From a virus (taxonomy: Duplodnaviria; Caudoviricetes): DNA of 38,579 nt. A program made the position numbers and the translations under genes. Shown piece after piece: positions 23,312 through 32,330 of this stretch. Below the pieces are notes generated by a model. That model saw nothing but the letters and a program-made list of their open reading frames with translations. It ran no database searches and was not told where the DNA came from. Within the stretch, counting starts at the first letter, position 1. Every line of letters begins with the position of its first letter. The stretch lies in IMG/VR virus record IMGVR_UViG_3300033512_000249, positions 1 through 38,579 of that record; one strand, written 5' to 3'.

Positions 23312-23560
23312 TTATAAACTCTTTATTTTAACCTTACTGTACACAATATATGCAAGCTCGAATATCTTTTTTTTCATATCATCGTATCTTTGTTTTTTAA
23401 CGTGTAATAATCATTTAACAACCTTTTCTGAATTGTCTTGCATTTCTTCGAAACTTTTTCACTCTGCCATAAATCCTTGCAAGTCATCACTTGTTGCAAT
23501 AAAGTATTCTTCTCACTTGTATTTTACTTTTTCTACAGAGATTTTTAACATTATTTTCAT
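23312..23560 (-). CDS. hicB: HicB-like antitoxin (82 aa, no C-terminal DNA-binding domain)
   Basis: YFIATSDDLQGFMAEGKSFEE motif; adjacent to hicA. Confidence 0.85.
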
Positions 23561-23593
23561 CTGGACAGATGGTTACTACATAAATTTGTATTT

Positions 23594-23621
23594 AGTTTAT
23601 GTTTTAAAAATATAAAATCAA
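23594..23621 (-). promoter_or_regulatory. hicBA promoter TTGATT-N16-TAAACT
   Basis: Upstream of hicB; divergent from the 23639 promoter. Confidence 0.5.
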
Positions 23622-23638
23622 CATCTTTTCAACAATAA

Positions 23639-23666
23639 TTGTATAATAAAAAAAGATTAGTATATA
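23639..23666 (+). promoter_or_regulatory. Promoter TTGTAT-N16-TATATA
   Basis: Upstream of ATG 23713. Confidence 0.5.
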
Positions 23667-23710
23667 ATAGGAGGAGTGGAATCCATCTTTTACATACTAA
23701 TCTTTTTTTA
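23647..23710. repeat. Perfect 17-bp inverted repeat TAAAAAAAGATTAGTAT / ATACTAATCTTTTTTTA
   Basis: Arms at 23647-23663 and 23694-23710. Confidence 0.8.
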
Positions 23711-23712
23711 GA

Positions 23713-24189
23713 ATGTTCTGACTTACAAGCAAAGAGGTACTTACAATTATTGTTTTCCCTTTTTCAATCGCTCTCTTAGTTCTTTTGGTTGATAAATTAG
23801 TTTTCAAATCAAAAATCATACAATGGTTCGTAAGGCCATTCATATATATATTCAGATTCTTACTCAATAAATTTCCATACAGGTGTTATAATAAAAATAA
23901 ATACGAACTGTCTGATCTGTCGATACCCGTTGTAACACACTATATAAAAATATGGAAGATACGTGAATATGAATGATATACACGAGAAATACAAGATTCA
24001 TACAATAAAACAGAGTATTATAACCAACAACAATTTGATTCAGTAAGGGAATGTTTATCTGACGTAAGGCTTAATATAGACTTTACTCAGATAGACGCGT
24101 ATAAAGAGGGAAGGATATTATTTGTGTCGGTAAACAGTGAGTCATTACAAAATTCTAAAAAGAGAAATTGGAAGAAGTACCATAAATAA
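23713..24189 (+). CDS. Membrane-anchored accessory protein (158 aa)
   Basis: N-terminal TM VLTIIVFPFSIALLVLLV; extends track ORF 23785 in both directions. Confidence 0.7.
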
Positions 24190-24194
24190 ACACG

Positions 24195-24640
24195 ACTAGT
24201 TCTCAACCGCTTTCTATAGCAAGAAAGATCCAACGACCTTGCACAATATTGTTTTGCCACGTGTAACTGGCAAAAGATATCTTGTGCCAGTGTCGGACAT
24301 AAGGAGAATAAACAAAAGATGGAGAAATTCAACCGCAAGTTACAAACTGTGATACCTAAAAGTTATCACAAAAATATAATCTCCTATTTATTTCTCACTA
24401 GAAAAGAATATATTATTTTTGTCTAAACTATTGACAAGATACAGTTCTTCAAGGTGTGCAGGTTCTCTTGGACAGATTACCTGCACATGGAGATCTTTGT
24501 GTATAATATATTAGACACAAAAAAGTTTGTGTATCATATATTTAAAAAAATGAGACACAAAATAAATGGGAGGAGGTACAGAGTACAAGTAGGACACGAC
24601 AGTCCCGTCTGGTGAGAATCCAGCACTCCCTGCATTATTT
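24195..24640 (+). ncRNA. Candidate large multi-domain structured RNA C ending in a tRNA-like module
   Basis: About 450 nt with nested stems and no convincing gene. Confidence 0.4.
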
Positions 24641-24657
24641 ACTGTAAACTATTTACT

Positions 24658-24741
24658 ATGAACCTAAACAAACGACTTATATGGATGCGGATTATAAACA
24701 TATCGTGTCTATGATGATTTATTTTATATATTCTTAACTAA
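24658..24741 (+). CDS. 27-aa TM peptide MNLNKWLIWMWIINISCLGGFILYILN
   Basis: Hydrophobic under CGA/CGG=Trp; TAA overlaps the next ATG; in-frame upstream ATG at 24550 is also possible. Confidence 0.5.
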
Positions 24742-24875
24742 TGAAATTCTTGATATTTATTCTATTCTTATTCGCCTTACTTGTGGCGATAGTGGCATAC
24801 AGTTTATTCGGGTTTTGAGGGCTTATTGTCTGGGTGGTATTGGTGGGTGGATGAGTTGCTATATTAGCGGATTAG
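24741..24875 (+). CDS. 44-aa two-TM membrane peptide
   Basis: MKFLIFILFLFALLVAIVAYSLFGFGGLIVWVVLVGGGVAILAD. Confidence 0.65.
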
Positions 24876-24883
24876 ATTTTGGC

Positions 24884-24911
24884 TTGCAATTCTCTAAAAA
24901 AAGAGTATACT
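24884..24911 (+). promoter_or_regulatory. Replication operon promoter TTGCAA-N16-TATACT
   Basis: Near-consensus boxes in intergenic DNA. Confidence 0.7.
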
Positions 24912-24920
24912 TCAAACAAT

Positions 24921-25012
24921 CCAGTGTTTAAATGTCGCTAACATAGAAAACACCTGGGTACACAGCAAACCGTAAAAGGAATGCATGTTTAGCGACAGCC
25001 CAGGTGTTTTTT
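24921..25012 (+). promoter_or_regulatory. Structured leader with interleaved helices (pseudoknot / attenuator)
   Basis: 24933-24944 pairs with 24985-24997; 24947-24958 pairs with 24999-25010. Confidence 0.65.
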
Positions 25013-25028
25013 ATAAATTCGAAAAATC

Positions 25029-25784
25029 ATGTATAAAATCTGACTCTACCCAGAACGATGAGAAGCAATAAAAGATTTATCTTTCGAGGAGAAATGAAAG
25101 TTACTTGATTGTTTTTTCTATTACAATGGAACATGAGAAATAAATATCGAGTGAGCGTTGAAGGCTGTATTTAATATTTTCAAAAACAGATTAGACAACG
25201 ACAAAGAAGAATATAATAAAAAATGTAAAAAGAATAAAGATATAGCATTAGATAGGGAAGAAAAGAAGAAGCACGAACGTGCACGAACGTGTACGAACGT
25301 ACACCACGAAGCACCACAGCCAACCAATTCTAATTCTAATACTAATTCTAATAATATAAATAATAATATAATAAATAAAGAAGATATAAATATATTATCT
25401 AAAGATAATACAGAAACTAAAGTTTCTGAATCTAAAGAAATATCTCCTCCCATAGAATTAAAACCAATAACTGTTTCTATAAACAATCTAATAGGAACAA
25501 TAAAACAAAATGCGTCCGCCCTCGGCGTTGCATATTCCTCAGACAAAGATAGGGAGTTCGCTAAACACATACTAACCGCTAAAGCCTACTGAGAGTTCTG
25601 CGAGTCAATAGGAATGTGAAGGGAGGAGTTCGCAATAAGCGTAATGAAAGAAAGCGTAAAGAACTCTTATTGGAAGTGAGCGTGTGCTTGACCAAAGAAG
25701 ATATACCAAGAATACCCAGAGGTTTATAATCTCTATCAAAAGAACATTCACAAGAACACAATACCATTTATCCCTACAATATAA
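25029..25784 (+). CDS. Replication initiator / replisome organiser with DUF6291-like N-terminus (251 aa)
   Basis: LYPEWGEAIKDLSFEEKGKLL..Y..G..F.IFKNRLDNDKEEYNKKC; Asn-rich linker; upstream of dnaB. Confidence 0.8.
25271..25375. repeat. Iteron-like 10-bp tandem repeats (GYACGAACGT x3) plus AT-rich tract: probable replication origin
   Basis: Lies inside the initiator gene, as in lambdoid origins. Confidence 0.6.
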
Positions 25785-25786
25785 AC

Positions 25787-26161
25787 ATGAAAAAGATTAC
25801 AGTGATTGAGCTTTTCGATTGAAAGATATCGACGCAAGCTTCACTAGACGAAATAAGTAACCTTATAGCATCGCAGTCAAGTTTACTAAGAATTTGAGAT
25901 GTGATTATAAACAAAAACCAGATCAAAAAGATCTACACAAAGATTCTCTCGGACATAGAAGAATATATACTAAGCCAGCCAAAGGATATACAAGAGAAAA
26001 TATCACAAAGGGAGATGGACAAGATTGCGAGTGTGTGAAGAGGATTCGATTGTGTAGAAGAAGTAGAGAATTATGTTAATTTAAAAATATTGTGATGAGT
26101 ACAGAAGACAGCATTGGAAGATAATTTCTTTATATCATTACAAAATAAACAATGTGAATAG
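25787..26161 (+). CDS. Hypothetical protein between initiator and helicase (124 aa)
   Basis: Recoded ORF, tightly packed. Confidence 0.7.
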
Positions 26162-27381
26162 AGAATATCGAACAATACAACGACTACTCATTAGAAGTAT
26201 CTGGTTTGTCTATGATAGCAACAGATATAGATACAATGAAAAGACTAAGTGAAGAATGTTTCTTCTACGACATCACAAAGAGAATATTCCGTGCTATGAA
26301 AGAGGCGAGATCTACAGATGTAGCAATTCTGTCCCAAATAACATGAATCAACGATGAAGAAATATATCCTCTTATGAATGTTGTAATATCTTACGGATCG
26401 TTTGACTACATAGTAAATAAACTTAACGATCTAAAAACAGCAAGAATACTGAAAAAAGAACTACGCAACATTTCTAATAACTTATTGGATGGAGATATAT
26501 CAGGAGTAAAAAAGGAGTTACAAACTCTACACGACAGTATATCCCATGAAAAGGAATATAAATCACTATGATCACAGTTAGAATCTTATATGGAAGATAT
26601 GTACAAAGAACATAGATACATAAAAACGTGATATAGAGAGATAGACAAATACTTGTTGCTTTCACAATGAAAACTTGCTACTATAGCATGAAGGCCTTGA
26701 ATGGGGAAAACTACAGTAATGCAAAACATAGCACTTAGGCAAAGCTTCAACCATAATGTTGGATTTGTTTCTATGGAGATGTGAGTAAATGAAATAATAG
26801 ATAGATTCGTTTGTATGATAGGTGATATATCCTCCTATGATGTGGCAGAGAAGCTTAAAAACTCCACAAGAATAATGTCAGTATTGTGAGATCTTATAGA
26901 TAAAAAGTTGTTTCTCGTAGACGATATATACAAAATAGAAGAAATAGACGAGTTTATTGCTAGAAACTTCTTAGATGTTTGCTTCTTAGACCACTTGTCC
27001 TTGATATTACATTGAGAATCAAAGATGCCGACAATACAGAGAATTTCAGAGATAACAAGAATATTGAAAGTTATAGCAAAAAAAAGAAACTGTTTGATAA
27101 TATTATGATCTCAACTATCAAGAGAAACAGAGAAGAGAGTAGATAAAAGGCCGCAGCTGTCAGATCTTAGAGATAGTTGAACAATAGAGCAGGATTCAGA
27201 TGCTGTTATCATGCTTTACAGAGAAGAGTATTACGACAAACAAACAGAAAACAAGAATTGTTTAGATGCTATTATAGCAAAAAACAGGGGAGGGATATCA
27301 AAAGATATCCAATTATGATGTAAGTTCTCCTCGTATCAAGTACTTGATAATAAATACTTTGAAGATATTTTAAATTGATAA
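26152..27381 (+). CDS. dnaB: Replicative DnaB-like helicase (409 aa)
   Basis: AGRPGMGKT, FVSMEM, LDHL, SQLSR, RPQLSDLRDSGTIEQDSD, IIAKNR. Confidence 0.95.
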
Positions 27382-27390
27382 TACAAACCA

Positions 27391-27492
27391 ATGTCACCAC
27401 ACATTTATAAACAAATGAAGGAAGCAGAAGCACACATAAAGAAACTCTCAGAAGTAACTTTGAGAATATTCTCTTGATTTGCTGGAGTGTAA
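27391..27492 (+). CDS. Hypothetical 33-aa peptide
   Basis: Short ATG..TAA after dnaB. Confidence 0.35.
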
Positions 27493-27541
27493 GAGGAGAT
27501 AAAAGAAATAAACAAACCTTTAAATCCTAAAGACAACAAAG

Positions 27542-27826
27542 ATGGTAATAGAATATAATTGAAAAAGATATTTAGTCACAGAAGAATACGAATGAGGCGA
27601 TATGTCTTGATTCCCTATTTACTTTGATGAAGTAAGGCCAGCATGATCTGAAAGATTCTCTCCAGATGAAATAAAGATTATAGAGATCGACAATATCGAG
27701 AAAGTGAAAGAATCAGCAATAGACTTTTACAAAAAGGCTATAGCAACTGTTCAAAGGTATAATGTTTGATGAAAGTATGATAATGATGTAAAAGAGTTGG
27801 AAGATAAAATAAAGTACTTGTGATAA
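27542..27826 (+). CDS. Hypothetical protein (94 aa)
   Basis: Recoded ORF. Confidence 0.65.
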
Positions 27827-27913
27827 CCAAAAGATATCGCAAACAACACAAGACTCATTGAAAAAGATCAATAAATATTTATAAACAATCTGAATTTATC
27901 AGTAACCTAACCA

Positions 27914-28144
27914 ATGAATAAAACAGACTATAAAATCATAAAAGCTACAATCCATGAAGGGATACTTGTGGAAACAAGAGTAAAAGAGATTGGAGACTCT
28001 ATGGAGAACATGAGAAAGGTTGTAAAAAAACTACTCCCAGAAAAGATCTGGGATAAAATAATGGATGATCTTTATCCTCTACCAAAACAAAAATGATATG
28101 ATACAAAAAATGATTCGACAACTTCCTGAAGAAAACAGGAATAG
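27914..28144 (+). CDS. Hypothetical protein (76 aa if the TGA at 28094 is read as Gly)
   Basis: Track ORF extended to TAG. Confidence 0.6.
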
Positions 28145-28332
28145 ACTACTTCGCATATTTGAAACTCTCAGAGACTAACCAAAACATATTAGACTTTGAG
28201 TTTGAGAATTATAGGGCGGGGAATAATAGAGAAAGATTTACTCCTAACAAAATAAAAGATGTGAGCGATAGACGCAAACAAGATTTACAAACTAGAGCAG
28301 AAAAAGAAAAAGCTCGAAGAGAAAGCCCTTAG
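28093..28332 (+). CDS. Hypothetical protein (79 aa)
   Basis: Recoded ORF overlapping both neighbours. Confidence 0.5.
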
Positions 28333-28780
28333 AAAAATAGAAAAAAGTAAAGTTAAAAAGAAAACACAGAAAGTAAATAAACGCATGAAAAAAGAAAATG
28401 TTGAACTTGCAAAGACGATAGCGAAGATAAGGGATGGATACATTTGCCAGAAATGCTGAAAGACAGAAAACATACATTGAAGTCACGTAATAAATGAAGC
28501 AAGAGACCACAGGCTTTCGTGTGATCCAGAGAATATAAAAGCCTTGTGCTATAACTGCCATCTCAACCGACGGCATAAGAATCCTGTAGAGGCAGGAGAA
28601 CGATTTAAAGAGAAACGACCATGAAGGCGAGAGAATCTAAAGTGCAAACATTTAGACAATAGATTTCTTGGGACAATATCCCCAATTTGGGTAGAAGAGC
28701 AAAACAAACTTCTAAAAGAAACTTTACAATCTATGGAAGAACCATGCCAAAACAAAAGCGAGTCAAAGAAAAAAAACTAG
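28259..28780 (+). CDS. NinG/Rap-like HNH-fold nuclease (173 aa)
   Basis: RDGYICQKCG..HGSHV..DPENIKALCYNCHLNWWHKNP.EA.EWF. Confidence 0.85.
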
Positions 28781-28896
28781 TAAAGATAATAACAATATCT
28801 AGATGAAAAAAGAAAGTAAACTATGAAGAAATAAACTACCGATACCAAAAACTTTTAGAAAATAACAAGAGAGTATGTTGATCCCAAAAACAATAG
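28744..28896 (+). CDS. Hypothetical basic protein (50 aa)
   Basis: Recoded ORF. Confidence 0.45.
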
Positions 28897-29072
28897 CAGA
28901 ACGAAGCTGAGAAAGCGAAAGAACTACAGCAAGATGTATAAAGGACATGGAAAACGATAGATCTCCAAAATATAGAGCAGCAAAAGATCGCTATACATAT
29001 ATTTTAGACTCCTATATAGATCTATTAGACATGGAGAAGGCAAGGGTGAAGCACTATATCAGAGGTATGTAA
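28875..29072 (+). CDS. Small HTH-like protein (65 aa)
   Basis: PKTIAEWSGESERTTARCI resembles a helix-turn-helix. Confidence 0.55.
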
Positions 29073-29089
29073 AAAAAGTATAAATTGGC

Positions 29090-29117
29090 TTGCATTTGCC
29101 AAAAAAAAGATTATAAT
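29090..29117 (+). promoter_or_regulatory. Promoter TTGCAT-N16-TATAAT of the recombination operon
   Basis: Perfect -10 box, intergenic. Confidence 0.75.
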
Positions 29118-29255
29118 GGATACGTACAATTGAATTTAGGAAATGAGAAGATAAAAGAAAGTGTTGTAGGGAACAGCCTCTAATCAAAACCCTCTTCTCT
29201 CTTAAAGCCTAGATCAAAGTACAATCTGTCATTTATATTATTACCAATTACAAAC

Positions 29256-29495
29256 ATGAAATTAGACAAATTATCATTTGAGTTATGAGAGATCATCGCA
29301 CAACAACAAACACTATGTTACTCATGAAACAAAGAAGATTGAGTTGATTGTGAAGTTGAATGGGATTTCACAAACATTACAAACGAGCCTATTTCAAAAG
29401 TACTTCCAGTTTCTTATGACGGAGATCTTTGAATTGACAGTGTATGGAGATTTGTAGACAGAAACGAATGTTTAAATTTTAACAATATTATGTAA
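29256..29495 (+). CDS. Hypothetical protein (79 aa)
   Basis: Recoded ORF; TAA overlaps the erf ATG. Confidence 0.65.
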
Positions 29496-30058
29496 TGGAA
29501 AGTCTTTTGAAAATACAGTCGGAGTTGAAAGCTCCAAAATGACAATACAACTCTTTTGGGAAATACAAGTATAGAAGTTGCGAAGATATTATGGAGTCAG
29601 TAAAACCACTATTGCAAAAGTATAATTGCATCATAACCCTATCGGATGAACTTGTAAATATAGGAGAAAGGTATTACATAAAAGCCACTGCTTTGTTCCA
29701 AGATATCGCAAATGATAAAAGATTTGAGGTCACAGGATACGCAAGAGAAGAGGAGACAAAAAAATGAATGGATTGAAGCCAAATAACTTGAGCAAGTTCT
29801 TCGTATGCTAGAAAATACGCTTTGAATGGATTGCTTGCAATTGACGACACAAAAGATAGTGACGGAACAAATACACAGTGAAAAGAAAAAAAAGAAGTAT
29901 TTGACAACGCTAGATTTGAGAAGATGCAAACACGATCAAGAGACCAAACCAAAGAGTCGCTTATGCAATATATCTTAAAGATCAAAAAAGAATATGAGAT
30001 AGAAGAAAGCATAAAAGAAAAATTAGATTTATTTATTAACGATCATCAAAATGGATAA
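29495..30058 (+). CDS. erf: ERF-family single-strand annealing protein (187 aa)
   Basis: IQSELKAPKGQYNSFGKYKYRSCEDI; QITGASSSYARKYALNGL. Confidence 0.93.
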
Positions 30059-30857
30059 TATGGAAATTGTAAAGTTTAACCCAACAATAGCAGAGCTTAA
30101 TTCTCTTGTAGAAAAGTACAAATGACTAAAAATAAATTGAATAGATGACAAAGTTTGATATGAAATTGTAAAAGATGCACAACTAGACTTGAGAGATAAA
30201 AGAGTGATAGTCCAAAAGACGTGAAAAAAGTATAGAGAAGATGCAATCGCATACCAAAAAAGAGTTATAGAAGAAGAAAAAAAACTTGTATCAATTATAG
30301 AAAGTACAGAAGAAGAACTTAGAAATGAACGTTCTAGAATAGATGAAGAAAAAGAAATAGAAAAAAGAAGAAAAATATTGCCAGAAAGAATGGCTGAGTT
30401 AGAAAGAAATTGAATAGACTGTGATAATGAGTTTATAGTCGCTATGGACTCAGACGAATTTAACAGATTTGTTATTAGCAAAAGAGAAGAAAAAATATTA
30501 GAAATGCAAAAGAAAGTAGAAGAGGAGTCAAAAAGAGTAGAACTAGAAAGGCAAAATATGGAAAGAGAAAAGGAACTTGAACAAACACGTAAGGAAGCAG
30601 AAGAAAAAGCAAGAATAGAAACAGAAGCAAGGATGAAAAGAGAACAAGAGGAAAAAGAATTAAGAGAAAAGCAAAGATTGGAAGCAGAAGAAAAAGCAAA
30701 GATTGAGGGAGAGAGAATCGCGAAAGAAAAAATGGAGAAAAATAAGAAATACAAACAACGACTAGAAGATAACAGTTACAATGATGTAGAATACATTATT
30801 TTGGACAAAAATTGAAAGAAAGCAATGTATCGTTTTATTTCTGAACTATCTATATAA
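30051..30857 (+). CDS. Coiled-coil protein, DUF1351-like (268 aa)
   Basis: KYKGLKINGIDDKVGYEIV..R..G K..R pattern and E/K/R-rich tail; recombination module. Confidence 0.7.
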
Positions 30858-31609
30858 TGACTGAAATAATTAAAAAATCTATGTATAATTGAGAGGTCAA
30901 TATAGACTTCTACCCAAACAGCCACCAATACAAAAAAGACGGCAAGAATTTACTTTCCGTATCTACGGTATGCGGTGTTGTGGATAAATCACAAGTATTG
31001 ATCTATCGAGCTACAAACCTAGCTAAATACTATTTGCTATCTCTTCCAGAAAGCCAAAGGACACAAGAAGAAGTAGAGAGAGCTTGCCAGATGCACAAAG
31101 AGAAAAAAGAGACTGCGGCGAATATCTGAACGCTAGCACATGCTCGAGTCGAGACATATATAAAGACTGGAGAAATGAGTTTCCCAGAAGATCAGAAGGT
31201 TGCAAACGCAGTCAATTGATTCTTAGAATGGATAAAACAACACGAAGTGAAATTCGAAAAGTCAGAGTTGTTTGTTTATTCAAGAAATCATGACTACGTT
31301 TGAATAACAGATGCAATTGCGAGTATTGACGGGAAAAGATACCTTGTTGACTTCAAAACATCAAACACAATATATTTGATGGAGTACTGAATGCAAACAT
31401 CCGCATATCTAAAAGCATACGAAGAAGAGACTGGAGATGAACTTGATGGTATTATGATTGTTAAATTTTCAAAAGAAGAAACTGACAAGAATTGACAACC
31501 TATTCCAGTATTTGAAACACAAGAAATTGTAGACATAGAATATTTATTTAATGCTTTTCTCAGTGCTAAGGTGTTGAAAGAAGCTGTAAAGAAATACACA
31601 AAATGGTAG
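30857..31609 (+). CDS. PD-(D/E)xK exonuclease (250 aa)
   Basis: HQY..LSVST..DK..LIYWA; GTLAH; YVGITDAIA..LVDFKTS; QTSAY. Confidence 0.88.
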
Positions 31610-32022
31610 AAATAAAATCACTATCAATAAAAGGCATAGAAGCAAAAATAAAGTCTATAGAAAAGAATATAGCGAAGCTTAAGATTTCAAGAGATCCGAA
31701 AGTTCTGGATGATATGGAGTTTGAGATTTACTACCTGAGAGGTGAAATCGCAGATCAGTACTACACCTATGCTTTGAATTGCCACGCAATGGAGATGGAG
31801 AAGTGAAGACAACATCTAATTGAAAGACCAAAACACAATTCAGATCTTACATCAAGTAAAGCAGTAAATAAAATACTCAAAGACGATATAGCAAAGCTCA
31901 ACCTACAGGAAGCTATTATCGAACGATTAGAGAAAAAAGAAAATCCAATATTACGCATTGCAAACCACATAAACAGCATGAGAATATGAGACCTCGCGAT
32001 TGCAAAGACACAAAGATTCTAA
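31603..32022 (+). CDS. Hypothetical helical protein (139 aa)
   Basis: Track ORF extended through TGA. Confidence 0.7.
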
Positions 32023-32046
32023 CTTTTAATTTGTTATTTATAAACC

Positions 32047-32265
32047 ATGAAACAATTTAGACTAAGTACAAAAGTATGAGAATACAAAAAATGAGAAGAA
32101 ACAAAATCAAGCTACGCAGAACTTTGAAAGCTTGTTATGAAAGATGACGGAAAGATTTTTTGAGTAATTTACGACGCTTTGCATAATAGAGAAATAAAGT
32201 TTTCAGCGTTTGAGATCGCACCAAAAGAAGAAAAGAAGGATGAAGAAGAAAATCTTCCATTCTAG
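32047..32265 (+). CDS. Small SSB-like protein (72 aa)
   Basis: Beta-rich core with acidic tail DEEENLPF. Confidence 0.7.
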
Positions 32266-32302
32266 TGATATAATTTGGTTATCAAAGAAAGTCACTAATA
32301 AT

Positions 32303-32330
32303 TTGCAAAAAAACATTTCCCATGTATAAT
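32303..32330 (+). promoter_or_regulatory. Promoter TTGCAA-N16-TATAAT
   Basis: Near-consensus boxes, intergenic. Confidence 0.75.

Noticed and set aside
22959-24297. Canonical integron attC sites
   Set aside because: ATCCAAC and GTTGGAG resemble R boxes, but spacer lengths and extrahelical bases do not fit and no integron integrase is present. Kept only as a loose analogy.
24568-24634. Functional tRNA supporting the recoded codons
   Set aside because: It has a 6-nt anticodon loop, a short acceptor stem, no TTC and no UCA/UCG/CCG anticodon.
22400-24650. CRISPR array or mini-array
   Set aside because: There are no regularly spaced 25-40 bp repeats; shared motifs are short, irregular and occur only two or three times.
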